The notes beneath the pieces were generated by a model. It did no database searches. It was given only the letters and a program-made list of their open reading frames with translations, and was not told the origin of the DNA. Positions 8,159-16,798 of a stretch of 20,467 nt of DNA are shown in pieces. The stretch comes from a bacterium (GTDB lineage: Bacteria; Bdellovibrionota_C; UBA2361; CALJRW01). Each line of letters begins with the position of its first letter. The stretch's first letter is position 1. The position numbers were made by a program, and so were the translations under genes. The stretch lies in the NCBI GenBank assembly GCA_031385045.1, contig JANNBC010000047.1:1-20467 (forward strand), read 5' to 3'.

Positions 8159-9001
8159 CTACAGAGCAATAATCATCCCAACTATAGAAAGTATTGCGCC
8201 AATTACCTTTCTCAAAACATTAGTCTCTTGAAATACTTTCTTTCCTGAAAAAACAGCAAATAACAAACTAATATTTTTAAATGTAGAAAGTTGTGGAGCT
8301 GAAATAAATTTAAGTGCTCCAAGCTTAGCAACCATAAACAAACATTCAAACAGGCCTCGAGATAAAAATGCTCGCGTATTAACAACTAGCGAGTGAACTT
8401 GATGACGTTTTCTAAGAACAAAAGGTAATAAAACTAATCCTGCAAAAAAAGTCATCGCGAAACCACTTAAGGTCGCGCTCGCTTCCTGCACTGCCAAACG
8501 ATCTAAGCAAGCATTGACACTAAAGAAAATACAAGAAATTCCAGCAGCCCAAAGTCCCGTTCTATTATTACTAGCTGAGCTAGGTTTATAAAGAATCACC
8601 ATACTACCAAGCACTGAGAAAATAACACCAATGATAATTTTTAAGGTTAATTGATCTCCCGTTAAAATCGGAGATAAGAAAAGCATTAAGATTGGATATA
8701 GGGTAAAGATCGAACTAACAATTGAGAGATCGGCATTCTTTAGTGCAACCATTTTGCCATATTCAGCAGCGGAATCAACAAAAGCGCGAAGAATTACCCA
8801 AAGATAAAAGGAACTGCCAATAATAAAATTCTCATAGCCGGCAAAATATAGCCCAACTAAAATAATCAGATAAAATGGAATAGCAAAAAGGAATGAGGCA
8901 AAAGCAGAAGTAATACTTTCGACCTTAGAAGATAATTGCTTACTGACGACATCTCGAATAGTCAGAAAAACAGCAGAAAGTAAGGCTAAAGAAACACCCA
9001 A
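8159..9001 (-). CDS. EamA/DMT-family transporter (TTG start)
   Basis: About 10 TM segments in two repeats; ALKNADLSIVS...LSPILTGDQLT..IIGVIFSVLG and KVFQE...KVIGAILSIVG are EamA-type signatures. Confidence 0.85.
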   Translation of the reverse strand: MGVSLALLSAVFLTIRDVVSKQLSSKVESITSAFASFLFAIPFYLIILVGLYFAGYENFIIGSSFYLWVILRAFVDSAAEYGKMVALKNADLSIVSSIFTLYPILMLFLSPILTGDQLTLKIIIGVIFSVLGSMVILYKPSSASNNRTGLWAAGISCIFFSVNACLDRLAVQEASATLSGFAMTFFAGLVLLPFVLRKRHQVHSLVVNTRAFLSRGLFECLFMVAKLGALKFISAPQLSTFKNISLLFAVFSGKKVFQETNVLRKVIGAILSIVGMIIAL

Positions 9002-9189
9002 GTAAATTCTCTAAAAATTTAAAATTAACTATCTGTTAGCAACTATACAATAAATCTTCAAATCATATCTATAAACTAAATGATCCGGATAAGTTTAGGC
9101 TTGTAAAAAATGATTGTTAAGACAATATTATATCCTATTCAAAAGATGTCCTAGACCACTAGGATTAAGACAATTTACATTAAATCTCA

Positions 9190-10593
9190 ATGAAAGTTCT
9201 AATAATCGGAGCAGGGCCAGCAGGACTGAGTGCTGGACTTGCTCTGGCACAACAAGGGGTTTCTGTTGAGATTTTGGAATCAGGAGCGACTCCTGGCGGA
9301 ATGTGCCAAAGCATTGCACTCTGGGGACAAATCGTAGATCTAGGGCCACACCGTTTTTTTTCTAAAGATGCTCAAGTTTTAAATTTTTGGCATCAAGCTG
9401 CGGGAAGCAATAAAGTGATCATTAAACGGGAGACCTCAATTCTCTATGCTGGTAAGAAGTTTTCTTATCCATTAAAAGCCAGGAATGTCTTTCTAAACCT
9501 TGGCTCCTGGGAAGCATTGCGTTGTGGCTTGAGCTATTTACTACAGATTTTTAAATCTGATAAAAAAAACAATCTACAAGAATGGCTAGAAAAAAGATTT
9601 GGTCGTCGCTTATATAAAATTTTTTTTGAAGCTTATTCTGAAAAGCTTTGGGGCCTACCTTGCTCTCAAATTGATATTGACTTTGCCAAACAACGGATTA
9701 GATCCTTTAGCTTACTAGAAGCTTTAAAAGCTTGGCTAATCAACACCAAAAATCATCGAACAATTGTGGATAATTTCCTCTATCCTAAATATGGTACTGG
9801 CCAAATCTATCAAACAGTAGCCGAAGAAATTAAAAAGCTTGACGGAGAAATTAACTACTTAACTCCTGTTACTGGTCTTAAAATCGATGACAACTTTAAA
9901 ATTACAGCAGTAGACACTATAGATAAAAGTTTCACTGATTTTGATCATGTAATATCTTCCATGCCTTTAACAAATTTAGTCAGTTATTTCCCAGATATAC
10001 CGGCAGAAGTCTTAAACGCAAATTCGGAGCTTAAATTTCGTAATACCATCTTGGTCTACTTCTTAGTCGATCAACAAAAACTTTTTCCTGACCAATGGAT
10101 TTATGTTCAAGACAGGCAATTTACGATCGGCCGGATTAGTAACTTTGCTAATTGGTCTCCGGAGATGTCTCAGGATAGTACGCAAACTATTATTTGCTGT
10201 GAACTTTGGTGCAACAGCGAGGAGGTCAGCTGGACACACCCTGATAATTTAATCATTGAGCAAACCAAAGCAGAACTCCAAGCGCTCCAACTTATTCCAA
10301 TTGATTTAATCTTAGAAAGCAAAGTAATTCGAGTACCAAATTGCTATCCAATCTATCGCTGTGGATACCAAACCCCTATTCAAACTATTGCTAGCTTTCT
10401 AAAACCAGTATCTAACTTAAACGTAATTGGACGCTATGGATCATTCAAATACAACAACCAAGATCATAGTATCTTAATGGGTATTAAGGCTGCCGAAAAA
10501 TTATTATCAAATGCTAAGATTGACCTTTGGCAAATTAATTCTGATCAAGATGAATATCAAGAAAAAGGCTCCTGGGATGAAAACTTAAACTAA
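9190..10593 (+). CDS. FAD-dependent oxidoreductase (amine oxidase / protoporphyrinogen oxidase-like / UDP-galactopyranose mutase-related family)
   Basis: Rossmann IIGAGPAGLSAG, GG motif, DLGPHRFFSK, FLYPKYGTGQ, YPIY, GRYGSFKYNNQDHS and C-terminal WQINSD. Confidence 0.85.
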   Translation: MKVLIIGAGPAGLSAGLALAQQGVSVEILESGATPGGMCQSIALWGQIVDLGPHRFFSKDAQVLNFWHQAAGSNKVIIKRETSILYAGKKFSYPLKARNVFLNLGSWEALRCGLSYLLQIFKSDKKNNLQEWLEKRFGRRLYKIFFEAYSEKLWGLPCSQIDIDFAKQRIRSFSLLEALKAWLINTKNHRTIVDNFLYPKYGTGQIYQTVAEEIKKLDGEINYLTPVTGLKIDDNFKITAVDTIDKSFTDFDHVISSMPLTNLVSYFPDIPAEVLNANSELKFRNTILVYFLVDQQKLFPDQWIYVQDRQFTIGRISNFANWSPEMSQDSTQTIICCELWCNSEEVSWTHPDNLIIEQTKAELQALQLIPIDLILESKVIRVPNCYPIYRCGYQTPIQTIASFLKPVSNLNVIGRYGSFKYNNQDHSILMGIKAAEKLLSNAKIDLWQINSDQDEYQEKGSWDENLN

Positions 10594-10597
10594 TAAA

Positions 10598-11482
10598 ATG
10601 TTTTTAATTCTCCTAAAATTCTTATTGCTCCCTTTTGCCAGTGTAAATATCATCCTTAATTCTTATCGCCGAGAATTAGTCAATCTCGGTAGCAACCCCT
10701 GGCAAATTGGGTTTTTGCCAATCTTACTAACACATCCAATTTTCTTTATCTTGCTATTACTGACTAATAATTTTCATCTTCCAACCAACCCAGTTTTCTA
10801 TTCAACTTTTTTAATTGGCTGTTCGCTCTATTTACTTTTTTCTTACTTCACATACTTAGGTATTTCCAAATCACACTTTGGACTTTCCAACACTATTATT
10901 GCTACCGCGGTTGTCTGGCAATCCATTTGTGCTGTAATTTTTCTCCACGAAACATTTACCCCAATTCAGTGGGGATGTTTTATCGTTATTGGACTACTAA
11001 CTTTTGATTTAAATTTTAGGAATAAATCTTTAGGGCTAGATCAAGGCATCATTCTAGTTTCAATTGGCGTACTAATATCTGCTGTGCTAGTTACCAATTA
11101 CAAATACTCCTCAACTCTTACTCATAGCTACTTCGAGTTTCTCTCTGGTAGAATCTTTGTTGATTTCTTTTTTTACCTATCAGCGCTACTAGTTTTTTTG
11201 TTTTTTAACAGATCCAAGGGGCCAACTGAAAGTTTAAAGATTTTAGTGAATTCTCGGATTGGGATTACCTACATGGTGATTCAAAGCATTAATACAACTG
11301 CTGGGAGTATCTTTTACTTTTACTTACCAGCCTCACAAATCGCCTTAATCTCAACGCTAGTCACGCCACTCTCATTTTTAATTTCTAGATTTAGATATAA
11401 AGAACCAATCTCCCGTGAAGTTCTAATTAAAAGCGCTTTAATTATCATCTCTATAGGTATTTTCTTATTTTTTAAGAATTAG
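10598..11482 (+). CDS. Divergent EamA/DMT-like membrane protein, probably co-transcribed with the oxidoreductase
   Basis: About 10 hydrophobic segments; VIFLHETFT and RFRYKEPIS match the EamA (F/L)L.E motif in each half. Starts 4 bp after the upstream stop. Confidence 0.65.
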   Translation: MFLILLKFLLLPFASVNIILNSYRRELVNLGSNPWQIGFLPILLTHPIFFILLLLTNNFHLPTNPVFYSTFLIGCSLYLLFSYFTYLGISKSHFGLSNTIIATAVVWQSICAVIFLHETFTPIQWGCFIVIGLLTFDLNFRNKSLGLDQGIILVSIGVLISAVLVTNYKYSSTLTHSYFEFLSGRIFVDFFFYLSALLVFLFFNRSKGPTESLKILVNSRIGITYMVIQSINTTAGSIFYFYLPASQIALISTLVTPLSFLISRFRYKEPISREVLIKSALIIISIGIFLFFKN

Positions 11483-12020
11483 CCTTTCTTCTTTTGGCAT
11501 AAATCTTAATGGAAATAATTAATAAGAGCATTAAAAAAACTAATCCAAAAATTATTGAATAGATACTTAATTGCCCTTTAAGTATTACTACAAAAATTAT
11601 TCCGAAAAGGAATAATGTTGCTACTTCATTCCAAAGTCTTAATTGAAATGGGGAATATTTATACTGATCAACTAATTGCTGCCTGTAAATGTAATGACAA
11701 GAGAAATGATATAAATAGAGAAAGACCAGCAAGAACAGCTTCAGCACTAACCATCCCGGCACCCCACCACTCATCGAGACCAACAAATAAACTAGTGTTG
11801 AACCCAAAACAAAAGTTATAATTGCCGAAGGCCAAGTAATTCCATACCAGAGTCGGCGCTTCATAATGGCATACTGCTCCAAAAGTATTGCTTTCTTTTG
11901 AGGGTCTTTTAACTCATTCGCTTCGGCTGAATAAATGAATAAGCGAACAATGTAGAACAAGCCCGCAAACCAAGTTACCACAAAAACTAAATGAAAAGAC
12001 TTAATGATGGCGTATGTCAT
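11472..12020 (-). CDS. hemJ: Protoporphyrinogen IX oxidase HemJ (UPF0093/CopD-like)
   Basis: KSFHLVFVVTWFAGLFYIVRLFIY with the heme-ligand His, RRLWYGITWPS, WLVLKL and LRLWNEVAT. Confidence 0.88.
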   Translation of the reverse strand: MTYAIIKSFHLVFVVTWFAGLFYIVRLFIYSAEANELKDPQKKAILLEQYAIMKRRLWYGITWPSAIITFVLGSTLVYLLVSMSGGVPGWLVLKLFLLVFLYLYHFSCHYIYRQQLVDQYKYSPFQLRLWNEVATLFLFGIIFVVILKGQLSIYSIIFGLVFLMLLLIISIKIYAKRRKANS

Positions 12021-12846
12021 TTTGCAGGTATTCTAAAGATTCTACCGGAAAGTCAGTGATAATATAATCCACTGACAGCTCAATCAATTTTTTTAGCGTA
12101 GGCTGATAATTTAGATATGTCCAATTTTGATAATTTGCTTCTAGGTATGCAGGAGATACCGAAAATGAACCTACTAAGATACCTGCCTGATGAATGGCAG
12201 TAATTAATTCTGGCTGTTCGCAAAGCGTCTGATCCGGTAACTGAATTAAACCAATCTTTAAATGCTGGCAAAATTGAATTAGCTCCGGCATTTGTTCTAA
12301 ACGATCAATCCAAACGTTTAACCCAACATTAATATTTGGATTTAAAATTTTAATTTTTTGTAAGATTACTTCATTAAAAGATAAGACGACAAAGTTAATA
12401 TCTTGTAATCTGCTCAACTCCTGCATGGCAGTCTCAACGATTAAGTTTTCAAAATCAGTATCCGGATCACCCCAAAAGTTAGGATCCTTCAGTTCAATAA
12501 AAGCAGTCTTTCCAGTCCAATTAAGTTTTTTAATATCTTTAATCGTTGGAACTCTTAGATTAGAAAATTCCGGATTAAACCAAGTTCCAGCATCAAACTG
12601 ACAAACTAATGACTGGGGAGTATCATTAACCCAAGATCTAGCTAAGTCACGATGAACCAATTGGAGCTTGCCATCTTTAGGAAGAAGCGTCTGTTGATGA
12701 ATTACGACAAATTTCTTATCGGAGGTAACTTCTAGATCAAACTCAACACCATAGATATCAGCCTCGAGTGCCTTTTCGATTGCTAGAGTTGTCTGCTCAG
12801 GATATTTTGTCCTTAATCCACGATGAGCGATAATCTTACTTTGCAT
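12001..12846 (-). CDS. Glycerophosphodiester phosphodiesterase family protein
   Basis: IIAHRG, PEQT, GVEFDL..TSD...VVIH, FDAGTWF...RVPT, IELK, VLSFN and VDYIITDFP. Overlaps the hemJ start by 20 bp. Confidence 0.88.
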   Translation of the reverse strand: MQSKIIAHRGLRTKYPEQTTLAIEKALEADIYGVEFDLEVTSDKKFVVIHQQTLLPKDGKLQLVHRDLARSWVNDTPQSLVCQFDAGTWFNPEFSNLRVPTIKDIKKLNWTGKTAFIELKDPNFWGDPDTDFENLIVETAMQELSRLQDINFVVLSFNEVILQKIKILNPNINVGLNVWIDRLEQMPELIQFCQHLKIGLIQLPDQTLCEQPELITAIHQAGILVGSFSVSPAYLEANYQNWTYLNYQPTLKKLIELSVDYIITDFPVESLEYLQNDIRHH

Positions 12847-12957
12847 TTAAAAAATTCAGTTGAAGGATATAAAACTAGCACCAGTATAGACCACTTATGA
12901 TTCTTGAGCATTATCCCAATTACTAATATGGGGAACGAGCTAAAGATTGTCGCTATT

Positions 12958-12986
12958 TAGAAAATATGCTACAGATCCACTATAAT
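12958..12986 (+). promoter_or_regulatory. Possible sigma70 promoter for the lipoprotein at 13007
   Basis: TAGAAA(12958-12963), 17 bp spacer, TATAAT(12981-12986), 20 bp before the ATG. Confidence 0.4.
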
Positions 12987-13006
12987 TAGATTTTAATTTT
13001 AAACCT

Positions 13007-13417
13007 ATGAAAATATTACCGATTCTTTTACTTTCTTTACTTGCATTATCTGCTTGCACTACAGGCATTTATGAACCAACGGCGGATCAACTTGCTAGAG
13101 CAGACTATGGGCCACAACCAGAGAACAGTACGCTTCCAGATTTAGTTCAAGAATATTTTAAGTCTTCAGAGATCTACGATCCAAAAGGCGTCCTAGTTGA
13201 TAAATGTTCCAAGCTTTATGAAGGTTGGAAACCTGGGCCAAATCAAGAATATAATCGTCCCGACTCGTTCATTTATGGCTGGAAAACTGACTGTGATATC
13301 AATCCTAAAGATTCCTCAGGTGCCTACATTGGAGCAATCTGGGAAACTTACTTTATTAAAGATGGTAAAGTAATTGATGGCTTTATTCCTCAAGGTTATA
13401 AACCTATTTTTGAATAG
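13007..13417 (+). CDS. Hypothetical lipoprotein
   Basis: MKILPILLLSLLALSA-C lipobox. Globular domain with ADYGPQP, YDP, two more Cys and INPKDSSGAYIG. Confidence 0.75.
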   Translation: MKILPILLLSLLALSACTTGIYEPTADQLARADYGPQPENSTLPDLVQEYFKSSEIYDPKGVLVDKCSKLYEGWKPGPNQEYNRPDSFIYGWKTDCDINPKDSSGAYIGAIWETYFIKDGKVIDGFIPQGYKPIFE

Positions 13418-13432
13418 TTTTATTTTGATTAG

Positions 13433-14530
13433 CTATCTGATTGCTTCAAAGCGATCTTTAGTGATCTTCTTAATAACTACAGGAAACTGAAAATACTGCC
13501 CTGCTTCTGGATCGTTCATATAGTGATATGGTCCAGAAGCTACTCCGTCCTTACTAGACACCTCAGCAAAACTCTTAATAATATCTTCTCTCTTAATCTT
13601 AGCGACTCGCTCATTGAATAACTCCCCGATTGTTAAAGCCATCTCATAAGCTGGCGCACCAAAGGCTAATTGGCTTTCATTTTTATAAATACTTTTATAA
13701 TACTTGATAAAATCAGGCTTAATATCAATGCTAGCAAAATTTACTCCCTCCATTGTTCCATTACTTGCATTAATTTCACTTAAACTTTCAAATAAATCCG
13801 TTCCAAAAGTGGGTAAAGTGAAATTAAAGTTCTTTGCTTGGCGATAAAAAGTAGAAATCTGACCAACGAATAAGAAGACACCAATGGCATCAAATTTATC
13901 TGTACTCTGTTTTATTTTGATTATCCTGGTGCGAAAATCACTTTCTCCATTTGGTAAGCGATCAATGATTTTGACTGACTGACCAGGTTGTAAGTTGCGC
14001 TCCAAGGCGGAAGCCGCCTCTTGCAGATAAGGATGCTCAGCTAACAATAAACCAATTTTATTATATCCTAGTTGTTTAAGATATTTAGCTTGCACTTGCA
14101 TGACCTCATCCATCTTATTCTTAAATCTAATGACATACTGCTTATCTTTGGCAACATTAGGATCAAGACAGATTCCGATTAAGGGGACTTTTTTACTTTC
14201 GGCGATTGGAGCAAGTGCCTGACAAAAGGCAACGCCCCAAGTAACCGCTAAATCTACTTTCTGAACATCAATTAGTTGATTAAAACTAGTAACCGCAGTT
14301 TTTGCATCAAAGGTTGCATCTTCATAACTCCAAGAAATATTTGTAAATAATTCAGGTCGATCTTTGATTGCCAAGTTAATTGAATTTTGAATTGCAACAC
14401 CATAATCAGCGGCAGACCCAGTTAATGGTAAAACTAAACCAACCTTGAAAGTTGGCGATCCCTCGGCACTAGCAATCGAAGCATAAACAGAGATAAGAAT
14501 TAATAGAAAGTACTTAATTAGTTGAGACAT
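13433..14530 (-). CDS. Periplasmic type-1 substrate-binding protein (LivJ/LivK-like)
   Basis: Signal peptide (ASA-E), KVGLVLPLTGSAADYG, YED..FDAKTAVTSFNQLI, LAPIAESKKVPLI and DFRTRIIKIK. Confidence 0.88.
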   Translation of the reverse strand: MSQLIKYFLLILISVYASIASAEGSPTFKVGLVLPLTGSAADYGVAIQNSINLAIKDRPELFTNISWSYEDATFDAKTAVTSFNQLIDVQKVDLAVTWGVAFCQALAPIAESKKVPLIGICLDPNVAKDKQYVIRFKNKMDEVMQVQAKYLKQLGYNKIGLLLAEHPYLQEAASALERNLQPGQSVKIIDRLPNGESDFRTRIIKIKQSTDKFDAIGVFLFVGQISTFYRQAKNFNFTLPTFGTDLFESLSEINASNGTMEGVNFASIDIKPDFIKYYKSIYKNESQLAFGAPAYEMALTIGELFNERVAKIKREDIIKSFAEVSSKDGVASGPYHYMNDPEAGQYFQFPVVIKKITKDRFEAIR

Positions 14531-14648
14531 AAGAAAAAGTTTAAAGTAGCAGGCTTAAGCTAACACAAAGTTCCTTAATCTTCATTCATTTAATGTAATT
14601 ACCATAAACTTCACTCGTCCTAGCTAATACTAAAATTAAATAGAATAA

Positions 14649-14900
14649 ATGAAAGTAAATTTAAACTCTGAAGATATTAGCAGGATTATCGAAATGGCCT
14701 GGGAAGATCGCACTCCTTTTGAAGCAATCTTACAGCAGTTTGGGCTTCAAGAAAAAGATGTCATTAAACTTATGCGCAGCAACATGACTAGGTCGAGCTT
14801 TAAAATGTGGCGAGCGCGCGTTACTGGTCGGGCAACTAAACACTTAGAAATTAGAGGATTTGAATTTGGGCGATTTAAATGCCCCAGTCAAAAGTCTTAA
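14649..14900 (+). CDS. DUF2805 / TIGR03643 family small protein
   Basis: RIIEMAWEDRTPFEAI..QFGL.E..VIKLMR...SSFKMWRARV.GR.TKH is the family signature. Confidence 0.9.
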   Translation: MKVNLNSEDISRIIEMAWEDRTPFEAILQQFGLQEKDVIKLMRSNMTRSSFKMWRARVTGRATKHLEIRGFEFGRFKCPSQKS

Positions 14901-14915
14901 TTGTAACTTTTGACT
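14886..14915. terminator. Stem-loop over the DUF2805 stop codon (terminator-like)
   Basis: Perfect 10-bp stem AGTCAAAAGT/ACTTTTGACT with a 10-nt loop. No clean U-tract after the stem. Confidence 0.45.
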
Positions 14916-14972
14916 ATGGTTCAAACTTCTCTAGCAATTTAAAGATAACTGTAAAAATTAGAAAATGGAACA

Positions 14973-15283
14973 TGACAGAGATTATCCTTAATTAAAGTTT
15001 CTCTGTCAAAGCGTCACTTGCTTTATTGAAGATGGGATTAATAGTAACTTCTGTAATCTTCAGGTTATTGATTATTGGATTCTAATATCGATGTTTTGTG
15101 CTTAATGGATATTCAGAAAATAAACTGGACAGACAGTCTTAATATCAATCTTGTTAGACCAAAGTTTTAAAGAGGAACTTCAGAAGGGAAATGATCATAT
15201 CTCATCAAATGCTAAAGATTTAAGCCTTGTTCCACTTAACAACTTTGGTTTGTAATTAATAGATTATTTGAGTGACTGTCACT
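14973..15283. other. Second tandem-hairpin block, between convergent genes
   Basis: TGACAGAGA/TCTCTGTCA (14973-15008), TGAAGAT/ATCTTCA (15027-15062), a weaker stem at 15067-15092, ACCAAAGTT/AACTTTGGT (15158-15249) enclosing GGAAC/GTTCC, and AGTGAC-T-GTCACT (15271-15283). Confidence 0.45.
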
Positions 15284-15292
15284 AAACAACAA

Positions 15293-16798
15293 CTAGTCGC
15301 GATTTAAAGCGAGAATTAATTTTCGGATGTGATCTGTATCCACTTTAAAAAAACTAGGAATCTCTCTGGGAGGAATACCACACATTAAATACTGCTCTTG
15401 ATCGGCTAACTTAGTAAAAAGATCATCTAACATTTGTTTAACTTCTCGCCCTGTTCTTTCACTTATTAACTTAATCAGCTTATCTTCTTTTAATAGGCTA
15501 AAATCAATGGTGTAAGAGTCCTGAGAGATTAGTTCTCGACAATGATGAAATCGTCGCTCAACAATCTTAATGATATCTATCCCATTTAAGTAATTAAAAT
15601 CTAACTGATTTGCGACCCCAGCCCGATTAATAATACTATCATCAACTCGCTCCGGATGATTAGTATTTAGAATCAGAATTACCCCTTCACTTTTGTTAAG
15701 CTCAATTTTAAATTGATTAGTAATACTCGCTTGATAACCTCCATGCGAAGCATCTCCCAACAAAGTATCTGCTTCATCAACGAATAAAACAGCAACCCCA
15801 GCAGCTTGAACACCTTTTCTTAATCTGGCAAATAACCCAACAACCTTTTCCTCATCCTGTCCCCAAAATTGCGAACGTATAGTATTGGGAGAGATGGACT
15901 CAACTAATAGAGTCTGCCCTGGCTTAAACTCACTTAATAGCACTTGAAGTTCATTGGTAAAAGCTTCCACAGCATAGTTTTTACCAACGCCAGAAGGCCC
16001 TTTCAATACATATCCTGTTGGTACTGAAATCATTTTTTGCAATATGCGAAGCTTTTCCTGCTTTGCACCATCCAGTTCAGTTGGAACCTCAAAGCGCAAT
16101 GCTCTGGTAATCCGGTCAAGACCATTACGTAACATGGTTACAACATGTGGCTGGCCGATCACATCATAAAGATTATGCTTTGGTAACTCCATGGTCGGAA
16201 TTTTAACTTCGGGCAGATTCGCAGTGGCTAGAGAAGAATTTAATTTAAATAGTAGATTTCCTTTTAGCTGAAGACCAACTTGGCCTGATTCTAAACTATA
16301 AGTTAGAAAGGCAAATTCTTTAGACAGGGCAGTAAATAATCCAGTAAAATTCTTAGGGTCATCCAGTGCTAGTTTCAATCCGGGAATCTCATGAGAAATG
16401 GTTAAGTATGCCTGAACTTGGCTGCCCTTACAATCAAAGATTGCTTGTCTAGGCTTACTCTCCTCTGCTTCGCGGGACACACTATATCGGAATGTACCTT
16501 TGGTAGGATCCTCATCTAAAGTAACAGATGTTTTACAACCAAGAGATCGATAGGAATCAAGTAGGGCTGTAATAATTTTAGTTAAGCCATCTCGATCCTG
16601 ATCGAAGTTAAAGCTTAGGACTGTTTTTAAAGTACTAGAGGTTGGTTGATAAATAACAACTACCTTTACGCCATTCCCACTACTCTCTAAGTTGACCTTT
16701 TTTTTACTAACAAATTGCGTAACAACTTGTTCCAGAGAATCTGGGTCAATTTGTAATATCTGATGCTCCCTTCCTGGAGCTGGACTAGCGCTTGACAT
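15293..16798 (-). CDS. Classical-clade AAA ATPase with an unknown N-terminal domain of about 200 aa
   Basis: DVIGQPHV, Walker A GPSGVGKN, pore loop SQFWGQDE, Walker B VLFVDEAD, sensor-1/SRH LNTNHPERVDDSIINRAG and lid TGREVK. No TM segment or signal peptide. Confidence 0.85.
   Translation of the reverse strand: MSSASPAPGREHQILQIDPDSLEQVVTQFVSKKKVNLESSGNGVKVVVIYQPTSSTLKTVLSFNFDQDRDGLTKIITALLDSYRSLGCKTSVTLDEDPTKGTFRYSVSREAEESKPRQAIFDCKGSQVQAYLTISHEIPGLKLALDDPKNFTGLFTALSKEFAFLTYSLESGQVGLQLKGNLLFKLNSSLATANLPEVKIPTMELPKHNLYDVIGQPHVVTMLRNGLDRITRALRFEVPTELDGAKQEKLRILQKMISVPTGYVLKGPSGVGKNYAVEAFTNELQVLLSEFKPGQTLLVESISPNTIRSQFWGQDEEKVVGLFARLRKGVQAAGVAVLFVDEADTLLGDASHGGYQASITNQFKIELNKSEGVILILNTNHPERVDDSIINRAGVANQLDFNYLNGIDIIKIVERRFHHCRELISQDSYTIDFSLLKEDKLIKLISERTGREVKQMLDDLFTKLADQEQYLMCGIPPREIPSFFKVDTDHIRKLILALNRD

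Noticed and set aside
9190..10593. Calling the FAD oxidoreductase hemY or glf
   Set aside because: Only family-level motifs are visible, and HemJ is present for the protoporphyrinogen oxidase step. The substrate cannot be assigned from sequence by eye.
9128..12271. Short ORFs 9128-9349, 11615-11821 and 12080-12271
   Set aside because: They overlap well-supported genes (oxidoreductase, hemJ, GDPD) and have no protein-like features.
14965..15123. Possible decayed ORF in the convergent gap (MEHDRDYP*LKFLCQ...)
   Set aside because: Multiple stops and no recognisable similarity; there is no support for a pseudogene call without a search.
15293..16798. Calling the AAA protein FtsH, ClpX or proteasomal ARC
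   Set aside because: No TM helices or fused M41 domain, no ClpX zinc finger or IGF loop, and no evident coiled-coil/OB N-domain or HbYX tail.
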